Shown here: positions 1 through 16,121 of the stretch, one piece after another
How positions within the stretch are numbered: the stretch's first letter is position 1
Layout of the letters: each line of letters opens with the position of its first letter
Source: Anaeramoeba ignava BMAN
Lineage: Eukaryota > Protista > Anaeramoebae
Assembly (NCBI GenBank): GCA_028826165.1
Contig: JAPDFW010000092.1
Location: forward strand, 868,001-932,000
Length of the DNA stretch: 64,000 bases
Direction of reading: 5' to 3'
Program-made: the position numbers and the translations under genes
The notes under the pieces: generated by a model
What the model saw: the letters and a program-made list of their open reading frames with translations, nothing else
The model's database searches: none
What the model was told of the DNA's origin: nothing

Positions 1-360
1 CATATAAATAAAATTTTATAAATAATTTTATAAATAAATAAATAAATAATTATATAAATAAATATATAAATAAAAATTTTATAAATAAATATATAAATAA
101 ATATATAAATAAATATATAAATAAATATATAAATAAATATATAAATAATTAAATATATAAATAAATATATAAATAAATTTATAAATAAATATATAAATAA
201 TTTTATAAATAAATATATAAATAAATATATAATTAAATATATAAATAATTTTATAAATAAATATATAAATAATTTTATAAATAATTTTATAAATAATTTT
301 ATAAATAAATATATAAATAATTTAATAAATAATTTTATATTTAATTTTATATTTATTTTT
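1..360. repeat. AT-only minisatellite (~12-bp ATAAATAAATAT-type units) filling VTI1 intron 1
   Basis: Direct inspection; lies downstream of the GT donor at 374 on the minus strand. Confidence 0.8.
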
Positions 361-374
361 GTTATTAAATTTAC

Positions 375-524
375 CATATCAAAAGCTTCTTCTAATTCTT
401 TTTGTGCAGAACGAATATTTTGTCTTCTTTCATCTCCTGAAAGTGTTGGTATTTTTGTATTTTTTTCTTGTATTGTTTTTGCTAAAGAAAGAAATTCTTC
501 TTCATAATTTTCAATCATATCCAT
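375..524 (-). CDS. VTI1: Exon 1 of a Vti1-like Qb-SNARE (N-terminal Habc domain); gene continues off the left edge
   Basis: Manual translation MDMIENYEEEFLSLAKTIQEKNTKIPTLSGDERRQNIRSAQKELEEAFDM (50 codons) followed by a GTAAAT donor at 374. Matches the Vti1 N-terminal pattern (ExYExxF...I..L.G.ER......A...L.EA). Absent from the ORF track. Confidence 0.75.
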
Positions 525-721
525 TGTTTAAAATTGTTTAAAATTTGTTTAAATTTGGTTAAAATTGTTTAAAATTTGGTTAAAATTTAATGTTAATTTC
601 AAATGAAATAATGTAAAATTTATTCAAAAAAAAAAATGAAAAAATGAAAAATGAAAAATGAAAAACGTTTTTTTTTTTAAATTCCAAATTTAATCGCTTT
701 TTTATTTATTTTCTTTCAAAT

Positions 722-2119
722 TCAGAAATACATTTGTATAAACTGAATTAATTGCTGTGATTGAACAATGCAATTATCTTCAAGAGGAACAAAGGAAGAT
801 ATTCTATATTGACGAGATAACTTTTCCATATAAGAATTCTCGTAAATACTTATAAAAAATAAAAAACGTCGATTTTGGATTTTTTGGAAAACTTGTTCAT
901 ATTCTTGAGTTTTTTGAGATTGAAAAAGATCATTAAGATAAGAAGCTTTAACGGAAAGTAACTCTTCAGCAACATCATTAAAAGCAGTAGTGAAAATGAA
1001 ATTTGAAGAGTCAGCAATATGAACTTTGAGGATGTATTTATACTCACAATTAGGATAATCCTGGTCGCATTTCTCGCAATACCAACGGTCGCCAATTTGT
1101 TTCATTTTCTTCGAGCAATTCTCAGAAGGACAAGAAGGATATGCTACTTTGTCAAAGTTGGATGAAGTAATATTTATAATAGTCCCGGCAATAACAAAAC
1201 TTTGCGACTTTTTTTCGCCCAAATCGATGGTCATAATATCCTGAATCATAAATCGTGGTCTTGTGACCCAATTGTAATTCTTTGTGACGATTTTTCCTGC
1301 AAGCGGGAGATCCGTATCATTTCCGTTTTGTGTGAAATGGCGAATCAAATCCCGAGCAACAGGAAGATTTGGATTGAAATATAATTGAGAAGTTGATGAA
1401 ATTGATAAATTTTTTGTTTGATATTCTCCAATTTTCCCGCTTTTAATTGCAAGTACAATTGGTTCTTCAAAGTTTGAGATGTCGATATTTTTTGCAGATT
1501 CACCCCAAAAAACAAGATCGATTTTCGAGTTTTTATCGCAAAGAAAACCCGATCTTTTTGATGTTTCTCCATTGCGAGTATTTATAACGGAAATGGGGGA
1601 TAAATTTTGCAAAACACCAACCATATCGACAGTTGATCCTTTTGGAAATTGGTCAATCTGCACAAGTGGCAAAAAGTCAAAGTGAAATTTCGCAATATTT
1701 TCATCGTCCTCTTGAAGCGTTACTGAGCTGTTGCTATTCAAATTGATTTGATAACCGCTGTTTCCATGTGAAAACCCAGGCTTAGAATCCTTCACTATTC
1801 CTTTACTTATTAAATATATTTTTCCCACTTGGAATTGATTATAAAATAAATCGACATCATCGTTAAAAATTGTTGCACGAATTTCAGTCCCAAATTTATC
1901 CAGTAAATCGATAGAAAATAATTTTCCATTTTGTGATCGATTTGCAAAATTTCGAATGTCACTTTTTTTTAAAACTCGAACTTTAATAATCCAATCTTTG
2001 GATGAGGGATTTAATTGTGATATTGGTGTGTATTGTGAATCTGGATCGTTTTCTTTTTCTAATTTTTCTAAAAAATCTCCTGAAAATTCATTTGTTGGAG
2101 GTTCATATTCATCTTCCAT
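722..2119 (-). CDS. RPA1: Replication protein A large subunit (DBD-A/B/C with Zn finger), lacking the N-terminal RPA70N domain
   Basis: TPISQLNP...WIIKVRV..KS.IR.F.N....GKLFSIDLLD..G.EIRAT.FN (DBD-A); YPSCPSENCSKK...WYCEKC...YKYIL...IAD (DBD-C zinc ribbon). Single exon. Confidence 0.93.
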   Translation of the reverse strand: MEDEYEPPTNEFSGDFLEKLEKENDPDSQYTPISQLNPSSKDWIIKVRVLKKSDIRNFANRSQNGKLFSIDLLDKFGTEIRATIFNDDVDLFYNQFQVGKIYLISKGIVKDSKPGFSHGNSGYQINLNSNSSVTLQEDDENIAKFHFDFLPLVQIDQFPKGSTVDMVGVLQNLSPISVINTRNGETSKRSGFLCDKNSKIDLVFWGESAKNIDISNFEEPIVLAIKSGKIGEYQTKNLSISSTSQLYFNPNLPVARDLIRHFTQNGNDTDLPLAGKIVTKNYNWVTRPRFMIQDIMTIDLGEKKSQSFVIAGTIINITSSNFDKVAYPSCPSENCSKKMKQIGDRWYCEKCDQDYPNCEYKYILKVHIADSSNFIFTTAFNDVAEELLSVKASYLNDLFQSQKTQEYEQVFQKIQNRRFLFFISIYENSYMEKLSRQYRISSFVPLEDNCIVQSQQLIQFIQMYF

Positions 2120-2335
2120 TGTTTTTGTTTAAAAAATTTATAAAGAATAAAGAATAAAGAAAAGAAAAGAAAAAAATGAAAAAATTAAAAAAATTTTTTT
2201 TTGATTTATAGTTTATGTTTAACGGTTTTTTTTTTTATGTTTTTCTCCTTATGTTTTATTTTTTCTCCTTTTTATTTTTATTTTTTTTCATTTTTTTCTT
2301 TACTTTTTTTTTACTTTCCAAATTAAAAAATATAA

Positions 2336-5269
2336 ATGCATTCTTTAACTGAAATTGAAAATTCAATTAAAAAATCTCATTCTTGTTCAATAAGTGGAGA
2401 ATTTGTTTCAGAATCAAATTTTGAATTTATTTGTCAAATCATCACACAAAACAAAAACATTGAAAGTTTAACACTTACAAAATTCAATCAAGAGCAATTT
2501 AAAAAATTATCAACTTCAATAATTAAAAATCACAACATTGAAGCTTTAACACTTGATTTATGCAATATGAATAAAGAAACTTGTCGAATTTTTTCTCAAT
2601 GTTTAAAATTCCAACCAAATAAATTTCGAATTATTCGTTTTATGAGATCAGATTTTGATCATGGTTTCCATTTCTTTGCAAAGGCGTTACAAAAAAATTA
2701 CAATTTGAAAGAAATTTATCTACAAAATTTAACTCAAGAATTTGCCAGTTGAAAAAGAAAATGAAAATGAAAAAGAAAAAGAAAAAGAAAAAGAAAAATT
2801 CGAAAAATGATCCAAAAAATAAATCACTTTCTTCTTTGCCTTCTTTTAATAATAAAAATGTTGATGAGCTTATTCGATTACTTGCGAATGTGAATCTTCT
2901 TTCCTTCTCATTAATCAACACAATTGAAAATTCTCAACATCTTTTGGCAATCACTAAAACTTGCTTGAAAAATCAATCAAAACTGCAAAGTCTTTGTTTA
3001 AATGGTTCCTTTTTTGAACAAAAAGAATTGAATCAAGTTATTGATTTTTTAATGGAATCCCAAAAAGAACTGAAAATCAAATCTTCTCATTTTAAACGCA
3101 TTTGTTTATCAAATCTTTCCAAAATCTCAAAAGAAACACTTTCTCTTCTTCCACTTTTTCTTCAAGTAAATTCAATTCAAGAGCTTGATATTTTGGGAAA
3201 CTCTTTATCAGAAGAACAACTTGTTTCATTTACGAATCATTTATCCAAAAATCAATCATTGAAAGTGTTTAAATTTACTCTCAATAGTGGGATTCCTGAA
3301 AAAATTGTCTCTCAATTTTTCAGCACTTTAAAACAACACAAAGAAATAAGAAATCTTGTAATTTCAGGCAATCTTTCTGAATACACTTCATTCATTGGTA
3401 ATATGCTTGCAGACAATTTCAATATAGAAACTTTGAACTTGTCAAATGCAAATCTTACTTCCCAATCAATTAAGAATTTTCTTTCAATATTCCCCACTTC
3501 AAAGACGATCCAAGAAGTATCCAAAAACGATCTACAAAATAACGAGAATATCACAAATGAAAACAAGAATGAAAATCATGATTCAGATTTTGATTTGGAA
3601 GATGATAATCAACAAAATGAACAAAATCAAAATAATCAACAAAATCAACAAAATCAAAATAATCAAAATAATCAACAAAATGAAAAAAATCAACAAAATC
3701 AAAATAATCAACAAAATGAACCTAAATTCATGCTCAAAACTTTAATTCTTTCTCAAAATCCAAATATTGGCAATGATGGCGCGATAGAAGTTCTCAAACT
3801 CATTTCCCAAAACAAATTTTTGGAAACTTTGGATCTTTCCAACTGCGGGATCGATGATGACAAATTGAAAGATATTTTCGATTATTTATCCCAATGCAGA
3901 TATCTTGTTGCTCTGTTTATTCTAAGAAACAACATAAGTCTGAATCTTTTGGGTGCTTTGGAGAGTTTTATTATGTCAAACACATTTTTGAAACGATTTT
4001 ATATTGATATGGGATTGAAAAATGAACTAATTACTACAGAAAATGAAAATTCTCTATTAAGAGCCTTAAAATGGAATCATTCATTAGAAAGATTCATCAT
4101 TTTTTGGAAAGGACAAATTAGCATAACTTTTGAGATGAATTCAGCTCCTCATTTGCAGTTTAATAGAGAGAGGCAAGTTGTTAATTCTCCACTCACAAAA
4201 GGTCTTCTTAGATTGTTTAAAACTCAACAATTTTGCGATATAAAAATCACTGATAATATTCAAGCTCATAAATCAATTCTATTTGCTCGATTGTTCCAAT
4301 TTCTCTCAAAAAATAATCAAATTCTCAATCAACCCCAAACCACAAAAAAACAAAAGAAAAAACAGAAACATTTGGATCAAGAACCTCCGCTTAAAATCAA
4401 AATATCAGATTTAGATTTCTCTTCTATTGTTAAATTTTTAAAATCTAAAAATCATGAAACTATTATTCATTTAATGAATTGGATTTATGGAGGAGTTATT
4501 CCACAAGAGGAATCACCTGATATTAATGAAGAGTTATATAGTATAGAAAAGGAATTTTGTGAGTATTCAACCCAAAAATATTTTATTTAATTTAATTTAA
4601 TTTTATTTAATTTTATTTAATTTAATTTAATTTTATTTAATTTTATTTAATTTTATTTAAAAAATAGCAATTGCTTTCACAAAAAAATCTCTTCAACAAA
4701 AATTATTAGCAAATTCTGGAAAAAAACACGAAAAAGCAATTATTCAATTAGAATTTGAAGAAGATATTAGAAAACTTTATAAAGCAGAACCAAATTTCAC
4801 AATTGTATTAAACTCAGAGAATATCGGAGTTCATTTAGAAATAATAACAGCAGTTTCAAGAAAAATATCCGTTCACGTTTTACGGACAAACAGCAAAGTT
4901 TTCAACGATTTAACACCAGCAAAACCAACTCAATTGAAAAGTTTTATTGAATTTCTTTATCATTATCAATTATCTAATTTTAACGTTGGTTTAGCTGATT
5001 ATTTTTTTCATGCTTTAAATTATTATGAAATTGAAAATCAAATTTTATCTCAAATTATCACAAAAAAACTTGATTTTATTATCAATGAAAAAAATGTGGA
5101 TAATATTTTGAGTCTTGCTGAAAAACATCATTCGGATTCTTTGGAAAAACTTGCTAAAGATTTTTTGGCTCAATCAATGAGTGAATGGATCTTTTTAGAA
5201 AATGATACTCAAAAAATGAATGAAATTGAACTTTCTTTAAAATCTAAAAAAAAATGTGTTTGCTTTTAA
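2336..5269 (+). CDS. LRR (RNI-like)-BTB-BTB protein with C-terminal polybasic CaaX motif; apparent frameshift(s) at ~2740-2800; intron 4559-4667
   Basis: LxxLxLSxN..IG.DGA repeats; FCDIKI...AHKSILFAR (BTB1). The GTGAGT..AAATAG intron splices in frame into a second BTB (NFTIVL...GVHLEII...FIEFLY). Ends KSKKKCVCF*. Confidence 0.75.
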
Positions 5270-5424
5270 ATCAAAAATTGATCTTCTTTTTCAAATAAGA
5301 TTTATTTTCCAATTTTTTTTTTTTCTTTAAAAAAGAAATTCAAGAAAAAAAAAAACACTTTTTAAACTTTTTCATTTTAAAATATTGATAATCAAAATAC
5401 AAACTTAATGAAAAGATATTTAAT

Positions 5425-6905
5425 TTTTGATTAATAAATTTATTCCATTTTTTATTAATAAATTTATTCCACTTTTTATTAATAAATTTATTCCACTTTT
5501 TTTATTAATAAATTTATTCCACTTTTTATTAATAAATTTATTATATTTTTTATTAATAAATTTATTATATTTATTATTAATAAATTTATTCCACTTTTTA
5601 TTAATAAATTTATTATATTTTTTATTAATAAATTTATTATATTTTTTATTAATAAATTTATTATATTTACTATTAATAAATTTATTCTATTTATTATTAA
5701 TAAATTTATTCTATTTTTATTAATAAATTTATTCTATTTTTTATTAATAAATTTATTCTATTTTTTATTAATAAATTTATTATATTTTATTATTAATAAA
5801 TTTATTCCACTTTTTATTAATAAATTTATTCCATTTTTATTAATAAATTTATTATATTTTTATTAATAAATTTATTCCACTTTTTTATTAATAAATTTAT
5901 TATATTTATTATTAATAAATTTATTCCATTTTTTATTAATAAATTTATTCTATTTACTATTAATAAATTTATTCCATATTTTTTATTTATAAATTTATTC
6001 CACTTTTTATTAATAAATTTATTATATTTTTATTAATAAATTTATTCTATTTATGATTAATAAATTTATTCTATTTATTATTAATAAATTTATTCTATTT
6101 TTATTAATAAATTTATTATATTTTTTTATTAATAAATTTATTCCACTTTTTATTAATAAATTTATTCCACTTTTTATTAATAAATTTATTCCATTTTTAT
6201 TAATAAATTTATTCCACTTTTTATTAATAAATTTATTCTATTTTGATTAATAAATTTATTCCACTTTTTATTAATAAATTTATTATATTTATTATTAATA
6301 AATTTATTATATTTATTATTAATAAATTTATTCCACTTTTTTATTAATAAATTTATTGCACTTTTTATTAATAAATTTATTATATTTTTGATTAATAAAT
6401 TTATTCCATTTTTATTAATAAATTTATTCCATACTTTTTATTAATAAATTTATTATATTTTTATTAATAAATTTATTCTATTTTGATTAATAAATTTATT
6501 ATATTTTGATTAATAAATTTATTATATTTTTTATTAATAAATTTATTCTATTTTTATTAATAAATTTATTATATTTATGATTAATAAATTTATTATATTT
6601 ATTATTAATAAATTTATTCCACTTTTTATTAATAAATTTATTCTATTTTTATTAATAAATTTATTCCACTTTTGTTAATAAATTTATTATATTTTTATTA
6701 ATAAATTTATTCCATTTTTGATTAATAAATTTATTATATTTATTAATAATAAATTTATTCTATTTTTATTTATAAATTTATTCCACTTTTATTAATAAAT
6801 TTATTCCACTTTTTATTATTAATAAATTTATTCTATTTTGATTAATAAATTTATTATATTTTGATTAATAAATTTATTCTATTTATGATTAATAAATTTA
6901 TTTCA
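5425..6905. repeat. Tandem minisatellite, ~24-26-bp unit (TTATTAATAAATTTATT + CCAC/CTAT/ATAT + T-run), roughly 60 copies
   Basis: Core starts at 5431, 5455, 5479, 5505 and onward; intergenic, upstream of RPS5. Confidence 0.92.
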
Positions 6906-7209
6906 TTTTCCTTATTAATTTTAATTATTAAAAAATTGAATACAATTGATTTTAAAAGAAAAAAATATTTATATATATTTTATAAATATATAAAATAATA
7001 TGAAAATAATTATTTATATAAATAATAAAAAATATAAATATATAAAAATATAAATATATAAAAAAATATAAAATAAAAAAAAATAAAAAAAAATTTTTTT
7101 TCTTTTTAATTTTAATTTTTTTTTTTCATTTTTTTTCTTTTCAATTAAAAAAAAATTTTAAAACAAAAAAAAAAAAATATAAAAAATAAAGAAAAAAAAA
7201 AAAGACAGA

Positions 7210-8913
7210 ATGGAAAATCAAGAACAAACAGAAATAATAGAAGAAAAACCAGAAAAAGTAATAAATTCAGCAACAGAAATCAAGTTATTTGGAAAATGGA
7301 GTTTTGAAGGAATCAAAGTAAAAGATCAAAGTTTAGAAGATCAAATAGCAGTTCGAGGACAAGACGCGCGTTTTCTTCCGCACTCAGCAGGACGTTGGAA
7401 CCGAAAGCGTTTCCGCAAAATTCAGTGTCCAATTGTAGAAAGACTTACAAACTCATTGATGATGCATGGAAGAAACAACGGAAAAAAATTACTTGCTGTT
7501 AGAATTGTTAAACACTGCTTCGAAATTATCTATCTTGTTACTGGTGAAAATCCTATTCAAGTTGCTGTAAATGCTATCGCTAATGCTGGCCCTAGAGAAG
7601 ATACTACTAGAGTAGGTAAAGGTGGTGTCGCAAGAAGACAATCTGTTGATGTTTCTCCTTTGAGAAGAGTTAATATGGCTATCGGTTTTATTACTTCTGG
7701 TGTATGTTTTTTTTTCAATTAAATATAAATATAAATATAAATATAAATATTTAAAATATAAATATAAATATAAATATAAATATAAATATAAATATAAATA
7801 TAAATATTTAAAATATAAATATAAAAATAAATATAAATATAAATATAAATATAAATATAAATATAAATATAAATATAAATATAAATATAAATATAAAATA
7901 TAACATAAATATAAAATATAAAATATAAAATATAAATATAAATATAAATATAAAATATAAATATAAATATAAATATAAATATAAATATAAATATAAATAT
8001 AAATATAAATATAAATATAAATATATAAATATAAATATAAATATAAATATAAATATAAAATATAAATATAAATATAAATATAAATATAAACATAAACATA
8101 AATATAAATATAAATAAAATAAAATAAAACATAAATATAAATATAAATATAAACATAAAATAAATATAAAATATAAATATAAACATAAACATAAAAATAA
8201 AAATATAAACATAAACATAAATATAAACATAAAATATAACATAAATATAAAATATAAATATAAATATAAATATAAATATAAATATAAATATAAATATAAA
8301 CATAAACATAAAAATAAACATAAATATAAATATATAATAATAAATATAAATATAAATATAAATATAAATATAAATATAAATATAAATATAAAATATAAAT
8401 ATAAATATAAATATAAATATAAATATAAATATAAATATAAATATAAATATAAATATAAATATAAATATAAATATAAATATAAATATAAATATAAATATAA
8501 ATATAAATATAAATATAAATATAAATATAAATATAAATATAAATATAATAAATATAAATATAATAAATATAAATATAAATATAAATATAAATATAAATAT
8601 AAATATAAATATAAATATAAATATAAATATAAATATAAATATTCAAAAAATTAATCAAAAATATAATTATAATAAAAATTATAATTAAAGGCAAGAACAT
8701 CCGCTTTTAGAAATACTAAAACAATTGCTGAATGTTTGGCAGATGAGATTATTCTCGCTGCTCAAGGTTCATTGAATAGTTCCTCTATGAAAAAGAAGAA
8801 TGAAATTGAAAGAGTTGCTAGAAGTAACAGAGTAATTATTTCTTTTTCTTTTTCTAACAAAAAAAATAATTCATTTCTAATTTTTATTTTTATTTTTATT
8901 TTTATTTTAGTAA
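7210..8913 (+). CDS. RPS5: 40S ribosomal protein S5 (uS7); exons 7210-7701, 8691-8831, 8911-8913 (stop codon only)
   Basis: KLFGKWS...[34 protein letters not shown]...DVSPLRRVN; exon 2 [19 protein letters not shown]...ERVARSNR. Introns GTATGT..AAAG and GTAATT..TTTAG. Confidence 0.97.
7720..8640. repeat. (ATATAA)n microsatellite filling RPS5 intron 1
   Basis: Direct inspection. Confidence 0.95.
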
Positions 8914-9236
8914 TTTTTTTTTTGCTTTTTTAAACATTTTTACTTCAATAAGATTCAACAAGTTTTTAATCAACAAAATGAATACTCAACAATTAAAAGT
9001 CATCATTTAATTCTAAAATTTACTTTTTTTGAAACAAACTTTTTAGCAATTTTCTTTTTTTACTTTTTTTTTTTTTTAAACAAAGAAACCTAAAAAGAAA
9101 AATAGAAACAGTTTCAAATTCAAATTAAATTGATTTTTAAAATTTTTTAAAAAGAAAATTTTTTATTTTTTTTTATCAAATTCAAATTCAAATTCAAAAA
9201 AAGAAAAGAAAAGAAAAGAAAAGGAATTTTTTTAAA

Positions 9237-13930
<4,694 letters not shown>

Positions 13931-14022
13931 AATTTATTAAAAGAATGAAAAATGAAAAATGAAAAATGAAAAATGAAAAATGAAAAATGAAAAATGAAAA
14001 AAATTTAATTTTAATTTTAATT

Positions 14023-15831
14023 TTAATTTTGATTATTAAATTTGTTAATTAATAAATCAATTAAATTTGGATTTGTTTGATTTAATTGAAAATAATCAAT
14101 TCCTGTTTCTAATTCATCAATGATTTCTTGTGTAATTTCAATTTCATCTTTAATTTGATTTGAATAAATCCAATATTCAAATATTTGAAATGATTTATTA
14201 CTTAATTCACTATAATCTGTAACTTTGTTAGATTTATCTTCTGTAACAGATAAAAACATTCCTCGATATAATTCACTTCTCATTATTAATATTAATTTGG
14301 GAAATTTATATTGTTTTTCTTCTCTTTCAATAATAAAATCTTTTTCATTTTCATTTTCATTTTCATTTAAATAAATTCTTTTAATTATTTCTTCAATTTT
14401 TTCATTTGAATTTATAATTTCTTTAATTTCTGAATATAATTTTGGATTTATTATTCTGTTTGAATAAATCATTTCAAATATTTGATTTGATTCTTTAATT
14501 GATTTATTTGAAATAATTTCTTGAAGTTTTTCAATTTCATTTTGATTTTGATTTAATCTATATTTTAATATTAATTTATGAGCTTCTATTATTTCTCCAT
14601 TTTCTGTTTTAAATGAAATATTACAAAATTCTTTTCTTTGAAATAGTTTTATCAAATCTTCTTCAAGATTAGAAAAAGAATGAGGAGAATAATAAAGAAA
14701 TGAATTGAAAGATCCACAATAAATATGATAATTGGAAATATTTTCATTAAATCTTAATTTAGGAAGTTCAATTTGTATTGGAATTAGTTGATCATTTGTT
14801 GTATCTCCAGTTCCTAATTGACCAAAAAAATTATCTCCAAATCCAATTACTTTTGAATTAGAAGTTAAAATCAAAGTATGATCAAATCCAACAGAAAAAT
14901 CAAGAATATTATCATCATTTTCAAATAAAGATGATTTGATTTCAGTAAATTCATAAGTATTTTCCTCAAGTGCATTATAGAGATAGTTTCCACATGAATA
15001 AAGTTTTCTTTTTTGATTTTCATTTTCATCTTCATTTCCATCTTCAATCAACATTATTGAATGATAAAAGCTAGATTGAATATCAATTATTTTACCTTTT
15101 GGAATATTTTGGATTTTAGTTAATTTTTTGATTTCTGTTTCTTCTTTTCTTAATTCTCCTAATCCAAGTTGACCATATCCATTATCACCGCATCCAAATA
15201 ATTCTTGATTTGAATTTAAAAGAAAAACATGATTTGAAGAATTTCCTGAAAATATTTTAGAAACATTTTTCATCATTAAAATTGGTTTTTCTGTTATTTC
15301 AAGTGTTTTAGAATCAAAACCAAGTTGACCATATTTATTTGAACCAATTCCATAAACATTTTGATTTGAAGTTAATAAGTAAATTGAACCATCACCAGAA
15401 ACAATATCTTGAATTATTCTATCATTTTTATCTTCAATTAATGATGAAATATTGATAAATTCTTTTGGATTTTTTGGATTAATATTATCTCCTTTGGCAA
15501 ATACATTTCCTTCTTTTGTTAAAATAGCTTCATTATCATCACCAACAGTTACTTTTTGAATATTTTCAATTTGGATTTTTGAAGGATTTTGTTTTGAATC
15601 ATTTTCATCTGAATATTCTATTGCTTTTCCATTTTTAAAAAGGAAAATTATTGAAAATAAACCTGTTGAAATTTGTTTAATTTGTTTTTCATTTTCATTT
15701 TCATTTTCATTTTCATTTTCATTTTCATTTTCATTTTCAAATTTAAATTGAATTGGTTTTGTTATTTTATCTGGTTTATTTTTGATAAGTTTTGGTTCTT
15801 CATTTCTTCCAAAAAATATAATTTCATTCAT
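14023..15831 (-). CDS. RCC1-repeat beta-propeller + tandem BTB protein (copy A)
   Basis: G.N.YGQLG / SVG..HTLIL RCC1 repeats; FCNISF...AHKLILKYR and KDF.I......FPKLILIMRSELYRGMFLSV...F.YWIYS (BTB-like). Intronless. Confidence 0.88.
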   Translation of the reverse strand: MNEIIFFGRNEEPKLIKNKPDKITKPIQFKFENENENENENENENENEKQIKQISTGLFSIIFLFKNGKAIEYSDENDSKQNPSKIQIENIQKVTVGDDNEAILTKEGNVFAKGDNINPKNPKEFINISSLIEDKNDRIIQDIVSGDGSIYLLTSNQNVYGIGSNKYGQLGFDSKTLEITEKPILMMKNVSKIFSGNSSNHVFLLNSNQELFGCGDNGYGQLGLGELRKEETEIKKLTKIQNIPKGKIIDIQSSFYHSIMLIEDGNEDENENQKRKLYSCGNYLYNALEENTYEFTEIKSSLFENDDNILDFSVGFDHTLILTSNSKVIGFGDNFFGQLGTGDTTNDQLIPIQIELPKLRFNENISNYHIYCGSFNSFLYYSPHSFSNLEEDLIKLFQRKEFCNISFKTENGEIIEAHKLILKYRLNQNQNEIEKLQEIISNKSIKESNQIFEMIYSNRIINPKLYSEIKEIINSNEKIEEIIKRIYLNENENENEKDFIIEREEKQYKFPKLILIMRSELYRGMFLSVTEDKSNKVTDYSELSNKSFQIFEYWIYSNQIKDEIEITQEIIDELETGIDYFQLNQTNPNLIDLLINKFNNQN

Positions 15832-16121
15832 TTTTGAAAAGAAAAAAAATGAAAAATGATTTTGGAATTTTAATTTTGATTTTGATTTTAATTTTAATTT
15901 TTATTTTAATTTTGATTTTAATTTTAATTTTGATTTAAATTTTAATTTTAATTTCAATTTTAATTTTGATTTTGATTTTGATTTTGATTTTAATTTTAAT
16001 TTGGATTTTAATTTTAATTGGAATTTTAATTTTAATTTTAATTTTAATTTTAATTTTAATTTTAATTTTAATTTTAATTTTAATTTTAATTTTAATTTTG
16101 ATTTTAATTTAAATTTTGATT

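Noticed and set aside
2740-2800. Programmed frameshift or two separate overlapping genes at the LRR-BTB junction (similarly at ~13560 and ~61810)
   Set aside because: Single-base changes in homopolymer or low-complexity runs restore a natural continuous protein (e.g. ELPVEKENENEKEK...NSKND); consensus error is more parsimonious.
5425-6905. CRISPR-like array (palindromic repeat with variable spacers)
   Set aside because: Spacers are only ~8-10 nt, drawn from a few recurring variants; eukaryotic context; no cas genes.
7489-8700. Long ORFs of IYIY/KIKI/LKLK/FNFN type here and at 9744-10897, 33359-33854, 43525-44670, 47163-47946, 56595-57246, 60514-61563
   Set aside because: Stop-free frames of microsatellites in introns or intergenic DNA, or antisense to a real coding tract.
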